Below are positions 22,940-34,000 of a stretch of 36,868 nt of DNA, in pieces. Both the position numbers and the translations under genes were made by a program. The DNA is from Nemertoderma westbladi. Taxonomy: Eukaryota; Animalia; Xenacoelomorpha. The notes beneath the pieces are model-generated. The model had not been told where the DNA came from and searched no databases. It saw only the letters and a program-made list of their open reading frames with translations. Every line of letters begins with the position of its first letter. The stretch's first letter is position 1. The stretch covers positions 1 to 36,868 of the forward strand of contig JAUCBJ010005186.1 of assembly GCA_032718475.1 (NCBI GenBank), in the 5' to 3' direction.

Positions 22940-23844
22940 GATTTTTTCAAATTTCAATCATGGTACAAAATTTGGTAGATTTTTCTTACTGTTTCTTACA
23001 ATTTTTCTTACTATTTCATTATCAGAGCCGGATTTTTCAATTTCTGCGCTATTTCGATACAACAAAGCCGTTAAAAACGCCTTTTTGTAATATTTAAACA
23101 TCTCTGTTGGCTTTATTTTTCGTCTTTGGAATGTAAATCTAGATATCATTATTTGAACCGCCTTCATCTGCAGATTCCGAATCTGCAAACCGTTTTCAAT
23201 TTCACTAAAAATGGCCAAAGATATTTATCAAAATACTTTTAAGGTGTAAGTTTTGAGTCGTAAATCGCTAAGGAATTATATAGGTTTATATAATAGGTTA
23301 CTATAGGTTTATTAGAAGGTTTATTTGAAATTAAACAGCAATTATTTGAATTAGATCCCATATCTTTTTTGTTTATGAATGATATCGGACGCCGAATGTG
23401 CGAAATGTACCCGCTATCAGTAAATGGATAGTTTTCGCCCCCGCTTTAACCTTTTCGATAACTTTCGCATAACTTTCGGTAGCTTTTGTTAGCTTTCGGT
23501 AATTGTCCTCTTTCAGAACTATCCTTCAAATGTTTATTAAAAAAAAATAATTATTATTTAGTTGAGCCTTTAAAACTCCCCATCTTGTTTCTTCATTACG
23601 CGAAATTCATATTCCAGAATTGAGTAATTAAAACAATATAATTATAGCGATTTACGTCTCAAAATTGATACACCTTATGATAATTGTAAATACTGTAATA
23701 TTGCCGAATAGACGATTTTTAACGGCTTGTTCTATCGGAATAGCTCAGAAATTAAAAAATCCGGCTCAGCCAGCAATAAGAAAAATTTTCGAACTATCAT
23801 CATACCAATTTCGTAGCATATGATTGAAATTTTTTTAAAAATTC
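22940..23844. mobile_element. Foldback/MITE-like element with long degenerate terminal inverted repeats
   Basis: gagccggatttttcaatttctgcgctatttcgata (~23025) is the near reverse complement of tatcggaatagctcagaaattaaaaaatccggctc (~23733); weaker similarity extends outward to aaatttcaatcat / atgattgaaattt. Confidence 0.7.
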
Positions 23845-23896
23845 GGGAGTATAGATGGTGTATATTGTATGAATAATTATTTTGTTTGTATTCTAG

Positions 23897-24020
23897 AACG
23901 ATGGCATTAGTTTTCTTATTCTCACAATATCTGAAGAACGTTCGTGTTCCCATCCCAGGCTACACCCGTGGTTTAGGATGGTCTGTCAGTAGCAGAAGTC
24001 CGATATTCGAGCTGCTACCC
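23897..24020 (+). CDS. SLC23A: SLC23/NAT transporter, coding exon 5
   Basis: ttctag|A; TMALVFLFSQYLKNVRVPIPGY...IFELLP; donor gtacgt, phase 0. Confidence 0.92.
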
Positions 24021-24327
24021 GTACGTTACCGGTATCACATTATGCATGTACAGTATAGGGGCTTACAACAGTAGGCCTAATGTAGGCAATATGTAAAACT
24101 ATGGGTGTAAACTTTACAATAGGTAGGTATTATACTGTAATAGCAATGTAAAGTCACACTGTAAAGTGCTACTTTACACACAAGTATGTAATAACTATAT
24201 CTATTCCAAAATTGTAACATTACTCAACGCCGTTAGTATTAACAGCGAGTTGTTATTTAGCACTTTACAACTTTAGAGGACATTACAGCATTGTATTGGC
24301 CGGTACATTTGGTATTGTATTTGGTGT

Positions 24328-24416
24328 TATTGTTTACGTGGTAACCATGACGGCGTTAAGTAATGTCCCCCTAGTGGACATTACTTAAAGCCGTCATGGT
24401 TACCACGTAAACAATA
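24328..24416. repeat. Inverted repeat, 41-bp arms with 1 mismatch and a 7-nt spacer
   Basis: tattgtttacgtggtaaccatgacggcgttaagtaatgtcc / ggacattacttaaagccgtcatggttaccacgtaaacaata. Confidence 0.95.
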
Positions 24417-27242
24417 GTTGGGAATTGGCCTGACAGCCAGATAGGCCTACTACATTACCTACCGGTAGGCGGGGTATAGCTATTAATATCCAGTAGCTAT
24501 ATTATTAACGCCTACATAATATAACGCATATAATTTATGTCGTTTTTACATTTACAGTATTTATACAGCAACTGCTGTAATTTAATTGGTGCAGTTTCTA
24601 TCACATATTATATATACAATCATTTCGTAATGTTATAATTTTTGAATAAAACTACAAAGTACTTTACAGTGTTCTGATCCTCATGGCTTTATTCATTAAC
24701 AAAGGCACTCGGATCATCACACTGTAAAGTGCCACTTTACACATGGTTACAAAAAATAAGTTTTTTTTAATGATTCAGAAAAATACATTTTTATGCTAAA
24801 TCAAACACTGAACTCAGATTTCAAATCCAATAACTTGTTGTCAACTTTATGAGTAGCAGTCTTATGACCAATTATTAACAATGTTTTGCGAAAATCGACT
24901 TTGAAATTATGAGAGTTTCAAACGTTCCCTTCAATTTTCTGTATTTGGGGGGATTTTTCAAATATAAAATTTTACGATATTTTTCAAAGCAGGCATGTGA
25001 AAAATTAGGTAGGCGTACATGTCAGAATTCATATGCAAGTCAATGTATAGACGATTAGAGACTATGTTTTATTTTTATTATTACTGGAGGTCACTGTTTG
25101 TCTGTCTGTTTGTCTGTCTGTATGTTTGTCTCAAGAAATATAAAAATTAAATAAATAAATCACACCACCCAATTTTTTTGTTAAGGGTGTTTTACTTGCC
25201 GATGATTTCAATTACGATGTCGGTTTTCACTATTTGCCAAATCTAAACTTTTATCTGCCTGTCCGTCATTCTGTCTGTTATTATGTCTGTCAGTCCAATA
25301 AAATGTAAGAAAGTGAACAAACTATTTTGAATTTGTGTTAATTTTCTTTAATTTATTTATATTTATAATTATATTTAAAATGTAAGTTTTATGATTTTAC
25401 GAAATCTAAAATGTCTGTATGTCTGACTCTCGGTCTGTCGGTGTGTTTGTCTGTCAAAAATTCAGAAGTCAATAAAAGTGACAAAAAAATCAATTTATTT
25501 ATTTATTTATTTAACGTATATATTTTTTTTTAATAAACTAAAAATAACCTTCAGCAATTGAAACCCATTTAGATTATTTAATAATGAGATTATTAATTTA
25601 TATGAGTGGGGGGGAGGGGTGGAGGGGGGTAAGTACGTTTTTATAAAAATTTAGTTAGACATCGATTCTGGTACATTTTAACGTGCTGCATCCGTGAGTC
25701 ACGGTGGAAAAGGAATACCATTAATATTTAGGAAGATATTTACATTTAAAAGATACTCCCTTTTAGAATTGAGAATCAAAAAGGAGTGAGTGAGTAAGAT
25801 ACTCCCTTTTGCCATTCACTGAGATCAAACCAATATTGGCGGGAATTATGAAATGTGGATGGATGACAGTCAGTCACTGCAGTCAGGCAGCAGGATAATG
25901 AAATTGAAATATTATCAGTTTGCGGTATGCAGTATCGGCGGCATTCAACGAATATTCTGGTGTACTTTAAGGCGTAGGCATTCACTGTAGACCCTACAGC
26001 ACAGCAGTGTACCTAATACTGTTTTAATTGTGTTGATTGGATGTTAGAGAAAAGAGAGTTAGGCCTATCTGTTCACTGTTAGTCATAACGGATGCCGCGA
26101 CCGGTTGATGGTACACCAGTATTCTGCGTCACCCCACCACTAGGTCTATACAATGCAGAAATGCGCATCAAGCAGGCAAAACTTTGCAAGGAGTAGGTAA
26201 ACTATTTCCAAAACCTAGCTGAAACTGTAGTGTGCAGGACAAGCCTGTTAAGGTAAGCGGAAGAACCACGCACAAAGGCCGCCAACCGATCGGTACCGGT
26301 ACCAGTAGGCCTACACAGTCACTATACCATATAATATGCCAGGAATATAGGCCTGAAATAATATAGGCCTAGGCCTGGAATATAGGCTATCTATCTCTTC
26401 AGAGGATTAGGTTTGATGTTCATATATTCATAATATATTATATACATTACCCAAATTTCAGTTTATATGACGGATATAGCCTGATAGTGATAGCATCAAT
26501 TCAAGGCATTCATTAATACAAGCAACAATGATATTCATTAATACTGTATCATTAATAACAATATTACAGGTCAGTTCCAGAAAGGAGTATGCCTATTTTT
26601 TTTAATTGCAACTTTATATATAGCCTGAAAATATGTAAAATATTTTACCAAACATACAACAATGTATAGAACTTATCAGGGTTGCATGAGCTATAACTCC
26701 GCTACATTGGGTATTCTTAATACCAATGGACTTATACTGTATATACTGTAGGATAAAATTTGCTGTTTTTTTAGAGCAGAGCACATTTTTTGCTTTTGGT
26801 TCTTTTAAAATTATTTGTGATTTGCTCTTAATAATGTTTATTTATTTTTTCGATATACCATTCCCAGGCTCTAAAAACTCAGTACACACAAAAAACATTT
26901 GTGGTTAAATATTTATTCCGTAAAGGCTGTGCAAAAAAATCAGCATTTATATTCTTGTTAAAACGGATTATCCTTCATTAAAATGTCAATTAAAAATTAC
27001 AGAAAGGTAATCTTTTTATAGCAACTTTATGTATGTTAATAGAATGCAAATAGGCCTACTTGAAATCTATTTTTATGTACACGGAAATTTATATACAGTA
27101 CCTTTACAGTTATGGAAGATTAGGCTATTAAAAAGTTATGATGTTTTTCTCTTTTTTCTCAAAACGAATTTTTCGTACTTCTCCCTATTGCGTATCGGCG
27201 CTTCAATTGTATATTAATACATAAAGACGTAATTAATATCGA

Positions 27243-28082
27243 CATATTAAATGCTGTATATTAATACTGCATATTAATACTGCATATTAATGCTGCATAT
27301 TAATACTGCATATTAATACTGCATATTAATGTTGCATATTAATACTGCATATTAATACTGCATATTAATACTGCATATTAATGCTGCATATTAATACTGC
27401 ATATTAATACTGCATATTAATGTTGCATATTAATACTGCATATTAATACTGCATATTAATGCTGTATATTAATACTGCATATTAATGCTGCATATTAATG
27501 CTGCATTTTAATACTGCATATTAATACTGCATATTAATGCTGCATATTAATACTGCATATTAATGCTGCATATTAATACTGCATATTAATACTGCATATT
27601 AATGTTGCATATTAATACTGCATATTAATACTGCATATTAATGTTGCATATTAATACTGCATATTAATACTGCATATTAATGCTGCATATTAATGCTGCA
27701 TTTCAATACTGCATATTAATACTGCATATTAATGCTGCATATTAATACTGCATATTAATGCTGCATATTAATACTGCATATTAATACTGCATATTAATGT
27801 TGCATATTAATACTGCATATTAATACTGCATATTAATACTGCATATTAATGCTGTATATTAATACTGCATATTAATACTGCATACTAATGCTGTATATTA
27901 ATACTGAATATTAATACTGCATATTAATGCTGCATATTAATACTGCATATTAATACTGCATATTAATATTGCATATTAATGTTGCATATTAATACTGCAT
28001 ATTAATACTGCGTATTAATGCTGCATATTAATACTGCATAACAAAATACTGCATATTAATACTGCATATTAATGCTGCATAT
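27243..28082. repeat. 13-bp minisatellite ATATTAAT(A/G)CTGC, about 64 units
   Basis: Direct periodicity; ends 13 nt before SLC23 coding exon 6. Confidence 0.97.
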
Positions 28083-28095
28083 CGGTGTTTAATAG

Positions 28096-28252
28096 GTTTT
28101 CCTCTCAATGATTATCGCTTGGATTCTGTGTCTCGTTCTGACGTCACTAAATGCGTTCGGATCGACTCCAGATGAAATGGGATACGGAGCGCGGACCGAC
28201 ACGAAAAGCGACGTAATTAGAGAAGCCTTGTGGGTCCGAGTGCCCTACCCTG
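28096..28252 (+). CDS. SLC23A: SLC23/NAT transporter, coding exon 6
   Basis: aatag|GTT; VFLSMIIAWILCLVLT...ARTD...WVRVPYP; donor gttggt, phase 1. Confidence 0.92.
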
Positions 28253-28331
28253 GTTGGTCACTCTATTTTACACTGCCGACAGTAGTACGGTACGCTAGGC
28301 CTACTATAGTATTATTATACCGTGACTCTAT

Positions 28332-29519
28332 CAGGCCTCCTAGAGTTTCCTTTTTTCCTTTATTTCTAGAAGTTTCCTTTTTTTATAACATTTCATTTCC
28401 TTTTTCTCTCCTATTTTTTATTCCTTGTTACACATTTTTTTCCTTTTTTTTTTGTTCAGAAGAATCAATTTCAGCTTGCGGTTGAAATGGACCGGTTCTA
28501 ACAGGGATTGACGGGCATTATATATGCCGATTTTTATTTTGAGTATGTTTATTTTGACAAAAATCACAAGCTACAGTAGAGTAAGCTACCATAAAAATGT
28601 AGCAGTGGAGGTAACTTTACTATATTTATTTTCTGAGGGGGAATATAGTATAATTGACACAAAACCCGGTGGATTGAATTAACATTGTTGATTTTCAATT
28701 TAGGGAAAGGAACAGGTTGCAGTGGCAGTCTATTCTAACCAAAACAATAAAAGAAAGCCTATAACACTGTTTCAGTTTCATTTTTGCTCGTAATCAGCTG
28801 TTATTTGCATCCGTTTCCCCTGGAGATGGTTGAGTTTTGATTGCGTCTTAAAGCATTTTTGTTATTTATATTTGTACCCACGACCGGAAATCCGTACCAA
28901 AGTTTTTATATCACTTTCAAACTAAAGTTTGAAAGTTAAACAAGCGTTTGATATACCTCTATCAATGACCATCAATCTGCCGAGCTCCACCCACCATCTC
29001 TGATAACTATAGGTAATAAGGTGAAAATTTCGTAATTGTTTTTAAACTGTTCCTATTTCATTGATATGTTGATTTATAATAATTATATTGCCATTATTGC
29101 CGTGGCCGTTCTCTTTCTGTCTTTCTACTTTTTAACTTACTGTGATTTCTTCTTGTAATTTAATACAGCGACGTTTCTTAATAGGTCGATATAATATAAG
29201 GTTAATGAAATATAATGTTTACTAGACCTATACTTTTTTTTAAGATAATATCAATTCAGTTTTTCCCTTTTTTTTGAAACGTATCTAAAAATAAAAATTT
29301 ATATTAAACGTAAAAATATATTTTTTATATAACATTTTACTTTTGTTTCATACAGATGTCATTTAATCTTAAATATGAACATATTTATTAAGAATAATAA
29401 TAAAGTCACAATCCGATCCTTTTTGTCCTTTTTTGAACTGCATCCGATCCTTTTTTCCTTTATTTTTGAAAATATAAATTCCTTTTTTTCATCGTTTTTT
29501 TTTTTGGCTTTGAGGGCTG
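28332..29519. mobile_element. Non-autonomous DNA transposon (hAT-like CAG...CTG ends) with 6-bp target-site duplication CTCTAT
   Basis: CTCTAT|CAGGCCTCC ... GAGGGCTG|CTCTAT; a second homologous copy lies at 244-1242. Confidence 0.78.
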
Positions 29520-29779
29520 CTCTATAGGGAAGGGGGGGGGGGGCATTCCGCGTGGGGGGAAGATTCACCTATGTCACCGGGTTGATGTCGGTCTCACAAG
29601 TTGTTAGTTTATATTGTTAATGTAAACTTTCGCCGGCAACCGTGACTGAATCTGAAAAGTAATACTGTAAACTAGGTTCTTGGCCCTTGTTTGTTGTTTT
29701 GGTAGGAATCTGTCACTGTTTCAATTCCAACTCGTTTTTTCTTAAAGTTTTCGCAAATTTATTCTTCTCTTTTTTATAG

Positions 29780-29935
29780 GGCAATGGGGTCTTCCAACAA
29801 TAACCCTATCCTCGGTATTAGGAATGATATCGGGTTATCTCGCCTCTATGATTGAGAGTATTGGCGATTACTACGCCGCAGCCAGACTGTCTGGCGCCAA
29901 ACCGCCACCTAAACACGCTATCAACCGCGGAATAG
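29780..29935 (+). CDS. SLC23A: SLC23/NAT transporter, coding exon 7
   Basis: tttatag|GG; (G)[51 protein letters not shown]; donor gtaagt, phase 1. Not in the ORF track on this strand. Confidence 0.95.
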
Positions 29936-30037
29936 GTAAGTTGTACACAATTAATTTCAAAATAGTAAAGTAAGCTAACTCTATGCTGTTTAAATAATCT
30001 TATAGTTTTGTAATCTATACCTATAAAAATCAAATTA

Positions 30038-30058
30038 TCTCTCTCTCTCTCTCTCTCT
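30038..30058. repeat. (TC)n microsatellite
   Basis: About ten TC units. Confidence 0.9.
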
Positions 30059-30321
30059 GTGTTCGAACTCCTCCAAAACGGGCGGAGGGATTGCGCTGGA
30101 ACTTGGCATGTGTGTATAACTTTAACCAGCGGTCGTTATAGGCCACTTTTCGAAAAGTTTAATTCACGTTCGGTACCGGTACTGGGTACCGGTACGTCAG
30201 TAGGCCTATACCGGTACGCCAGTAGGCCTATGCCGGTAGCGGGAAATACCGGGTAACAAGCCTCGGGTATTGCCTGCTAGTTCGATATAAAATTTAGTTA
30301 TATTTATTTTTTAACCTTTAG

Positions 30322-30450
30322 GTATGGAAGGTTTGTTGTGCTTCTTAGCCGGGCTGATAGGGACCGGAAATGGGACAACGAGTTACAGTGAGAATGTCGG
30401 AGCTATTGGGATCACACGAGTAGCTAGTAGAAGGATCGTACAGACTGCAG
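30322..30450 (+). CDS. SLC23A: SLC23/NAT transporter, coding exon 8 (NAT signature motif)
   Basis: ctttag|GT; (G)[42 protein letters not shown]; donor gtatcg, phase 1. Confidence 0.94.
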
Positions 30451-31045
30451 GTATCGGTTGCATTAATACGGGGAAAAATATAATGAATTCAATAATAATA
30501 TCAAATTAAAAGTCGAATTAATAAGGTCTACTACAGTGAAATGTTATTCTATTAAAAATAATTAATTTTTATGGTCATTGTACCCTGGAGGAGTGTGGGG
30601 CGAGCCACTAAGTCAAGGTGAGTCGTAGCGGCATAGTTAGCCGTCTAATAAGTCGGTCAACCTTTGATGAAATCGAAGCAAATTTAATACACATGAAGTC
30701 TATCAAAGGTTTAGTAATTCTACGCACATTCAGACTTCTATAGTTCCTCTGTCGACCGCTAGGGGGGTGATCTTGTCCAACTACAGTAATTGTATTGCTA
30801 CGCCAAGGCTCATAGGTTTCCTGCTAGCGAAGACCCCACCATCGTGTTACTACGTTTTAGTTTTGGAGACCAACTCTATACAGATAAACTGCGAACAGCT
30901 TTTCAAATTCAATTAAAATATCTAAACATTATTAATTTGTTTTTACTTTTTTGACATTACAATCACAAGGATTTAGCAAACTTTGTTTTCAATGAGTTTT
31001 GTTTTTATGGAGGGATGAAGGGAAGGAATGGGGGGGGGGGGGGGG

Positions 31046-34000
31046 GGTAGCTCAGTTGGTTGAGCGCCCGGCGTACTGTCTATTAGCTGTAGGTTCGAGC
31101 CCAGACAGGGTCCACTCAGCCACATCCACTGGGGTCGATACAATTTTGAATTACCGGGATCGAACTTGGGATAGGTGTAGCGCCCAGCCCTACCTTCGGG
31201 AAGCAGATAGGAGTAGCGCCCAGCCCTACCTTCGGGTAGCAGATAGGAGTAGCGCCCAGCCCTACCTTCGGGAAGCAGATAGGAGTAGCACCCACCCGTA
31301 CCTTCGGGTAGCAGATAGGAGTAGCGCCCAGCCCTACCTTAGGGTAGCAGATAGGAGTAGCGCCCAGCCCTACCTTCGGGAAGCAGATAGGAGTAGCGCC
31401 CACCCCTACCCTCGGGTAGCAGATAGGAGTAGCGCCCACCCCTACCCTCGGGTAGCAGATAGGAGTAGCGCCCAGCCCTACCTTCGGGTAGCAGATAGGA
31501 GTAGCGCCCAGCCCTACCTTCGGGAAGCAGATAGGAGTAGCGCCCAGCCCTACCTTCGGGTAGCAGATAGGAGTAGCACCCACCCGTACCTTCGGGTAGC
31601 AGATAGGAGTAGCGCCCAGCCCTACCTTCGGGAAGCAGATAGGAGTAGCGCCCAGCCCTACCTTCGGGTAGCAGATAGGAGTAGCGCCCAGCCCTACCTT
31701 CGGGAAGCAGATAGGAGTAGCGCCCAGCCCTACCTTCGGGAAGCAGATAGGAGTAGCACCCACCCGTACCTTCGGGTAGCAGATAGGAGTAGCGCCCAGC
31801 CCTACCTTCGGGAAGCAGATAGGAGTAGCGCCCAGCCCTACCTTCGGGAAGCAGATAGGAGTAGCACCCACCCGTACCTTCGGGTAGCAGATAGGAGTAG
31901 CGCCCAGCCCTACCTTCGGGAAGCAGATAGGAGTAGCGCCCAGCCCTACCTTCGGGAAGCAGATAGGAGTAGCACCCACCCGTACCTTCGGGTAGCAGAT
32001 GGAGTAGCGCCCAGCCCTACCTTCGGGAAGCAGATAGGAGTAGCGCCCAGCCCTACCTTCGGGAAGCAGATAGGAGTAGCACCCACCCGTACCTTCGGGT
32101 AGCAGATAGGAGTAGCGCCCAGCCCTACCTTCGGGAAGCAGATAGGAGTAGCGCCCAGCCCTACCTTCGGGAAGCAGATAGGAGTAGCACCCACCCGTAC
32201 CTTCGGGTAGCAGATAGGAGTAGCGCCCAGCCCTACCTTAGGGTAGCAGATAGGAGCAGCGCCCACCCCTACCTTCGGGTAGCAGATAGGAGTAGCGCCC
32301 AGCCCTACCTTCGGGAAGCAGATAGGAGTAGCGCCCAGCCCTACCTTAGGGTAGCAGATAGGAGTAGCGCCCAGCCCTACCTTCGGGAAGCAGATAGGAG
32401 TAGCGCCCAGCCCTACCTTAGGGTAGCAGATAGGAGTAGCACCCACCCGTACCTTCGGGTAGCAGATAGGAGTAGCGCCCAGCCCTACCTTCGGGAAGCA
32501 GATAGGAGTAGCGCCCAGCCCTACCTTCGGGAAGCAGATAGGAGTAGCACCCACCCGTACCTTCGGGTAGCAGATAGGAGTAGCGCCCAGCCCTACCTTC
32601 GGGAAGCAGATAGGAGTAGCGCCCAGCCCTACCTTCGGGAAGCAGATAGGAGTAGCACCCACCCGTACCTTCGGGTAGCAGATAGGAGTAGCGCCCAGCC
32701 CTACCCTCGGGTAGCAGATAGGAGTAGCGCCCAGCCCTACCTTCGGGTAGCAGATAGGAGTAGCGCCCAGCCCTACCTTCGGGAAGCAGATAGGAGTAGC
32801 GCCCAGCCCTACCTTCGGGAAGCAGATAGGAGTAGCACCCACCCGTACCTTCGGGTAGCAGATAGGAGTAGCGCCCAGCCCTACCTTAGGGTAGCAGATA
32901 GGAGCAGCGCCCACCCCTACCTTCGGGTAGCAGATAGGAGTAGCGCCCAGCCCTACCTTCGGGTGGCAGATAGGAGTAGCGCCCAGCTCTACCTTCGGGA
33001 AGCAGATAGGAGTAGCACCCACCCGTACCTTCGGGTAGCAGATAGGAGTAGCGCCCAGCCCTACCTTCGGGAAGCAGATAGGAGTAGCGCCCAGCCCTAC
33101 CTTAGGGTAGCAGATAGGAGTAGCGCCCAGCCCTACCTTCGGGAAGCAGATAGGAGTAGCGCCCAGCCCTACCTTAGGGTAGCAGATAGGAGTAGCACCC
33201 ACCCGTACCTTCGGGTAGCAGATAGGAGTAGCGCCCAGCCCTACCTTCGGGAAGCAGATAGGAGTAGCGCCCAGCCCTACCTTCGGGTAGCGGGTAGGAG
33301 TAGCGCCCAGCCCTACCTTCGGGTAGCAGATAGGAGTAGCGCCCAGCCCTACCTTCGGGTAGCAGATAGGAGTAGCGCCCAGCCCTACCTTCGGGTAGCA
33401 GATAGGAGTAGCACCCACCCGTACCTTCGGGTAGCAGAAAGGAGTAGCGCCCAGCCCTACCTTCGGGAAGCAGATAGGAGTAGCACCCACCCGTACCTTC
33501 GGGTAGCAGATAGGAGTAGCGCCCAGCCCTACCTTCGGGAAGCAGATAGGAGTAGCGCCCAGCCCTACCTTCGGGTAGCAGATAGGAGTAGCGCCCAGCC
33601 CTACCTTCGGGAAGCAGATAGGAGTAGCGCCCAGCCCTACCTTCGGGAAGCAGATAGGAGTAGCACCCACCCGTACCTTCGGGTAGCAGATAGGAGTAGC
33701 GCCCAGCCCTACCTTCGGGAAGCAGATAGGAGTAGCGCCCAGCCCTACCTTAGGGTAGCAGATAGGAGTAGCGCCCAGCCCTACCTTCGGGTAGCAGATA
33801 GGAGTAGCGCCCAGCCCTACCTTCGGGTAGCAGATAGGAGTAGCGCCCAGCCCTACCTTCGGGTAGCAGATAGGAGTAGCGCCCAGCCCTACCTTCGGGA
33901 AGCAGATAGGAGTAGCACCCACCCGTACCTTCGGGTAGCAGATAGGAGTAGCGCCCAGCCCTACCTTCGGGTAGCAGATAGGAGTAGCGCCCAGCCCTAC

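Noticed and set aside
25800-26260. Possible decayed coding fragment of a transposon accessory gene
   Set aside because: Multiple stops and no motif I can identify with confidence.
31046-31115. Functional tRNA gene
   Set aside because: A and B boxes are present, but I cannot form a convincing acceptor or anticodon stem; it fits a SINE head better.
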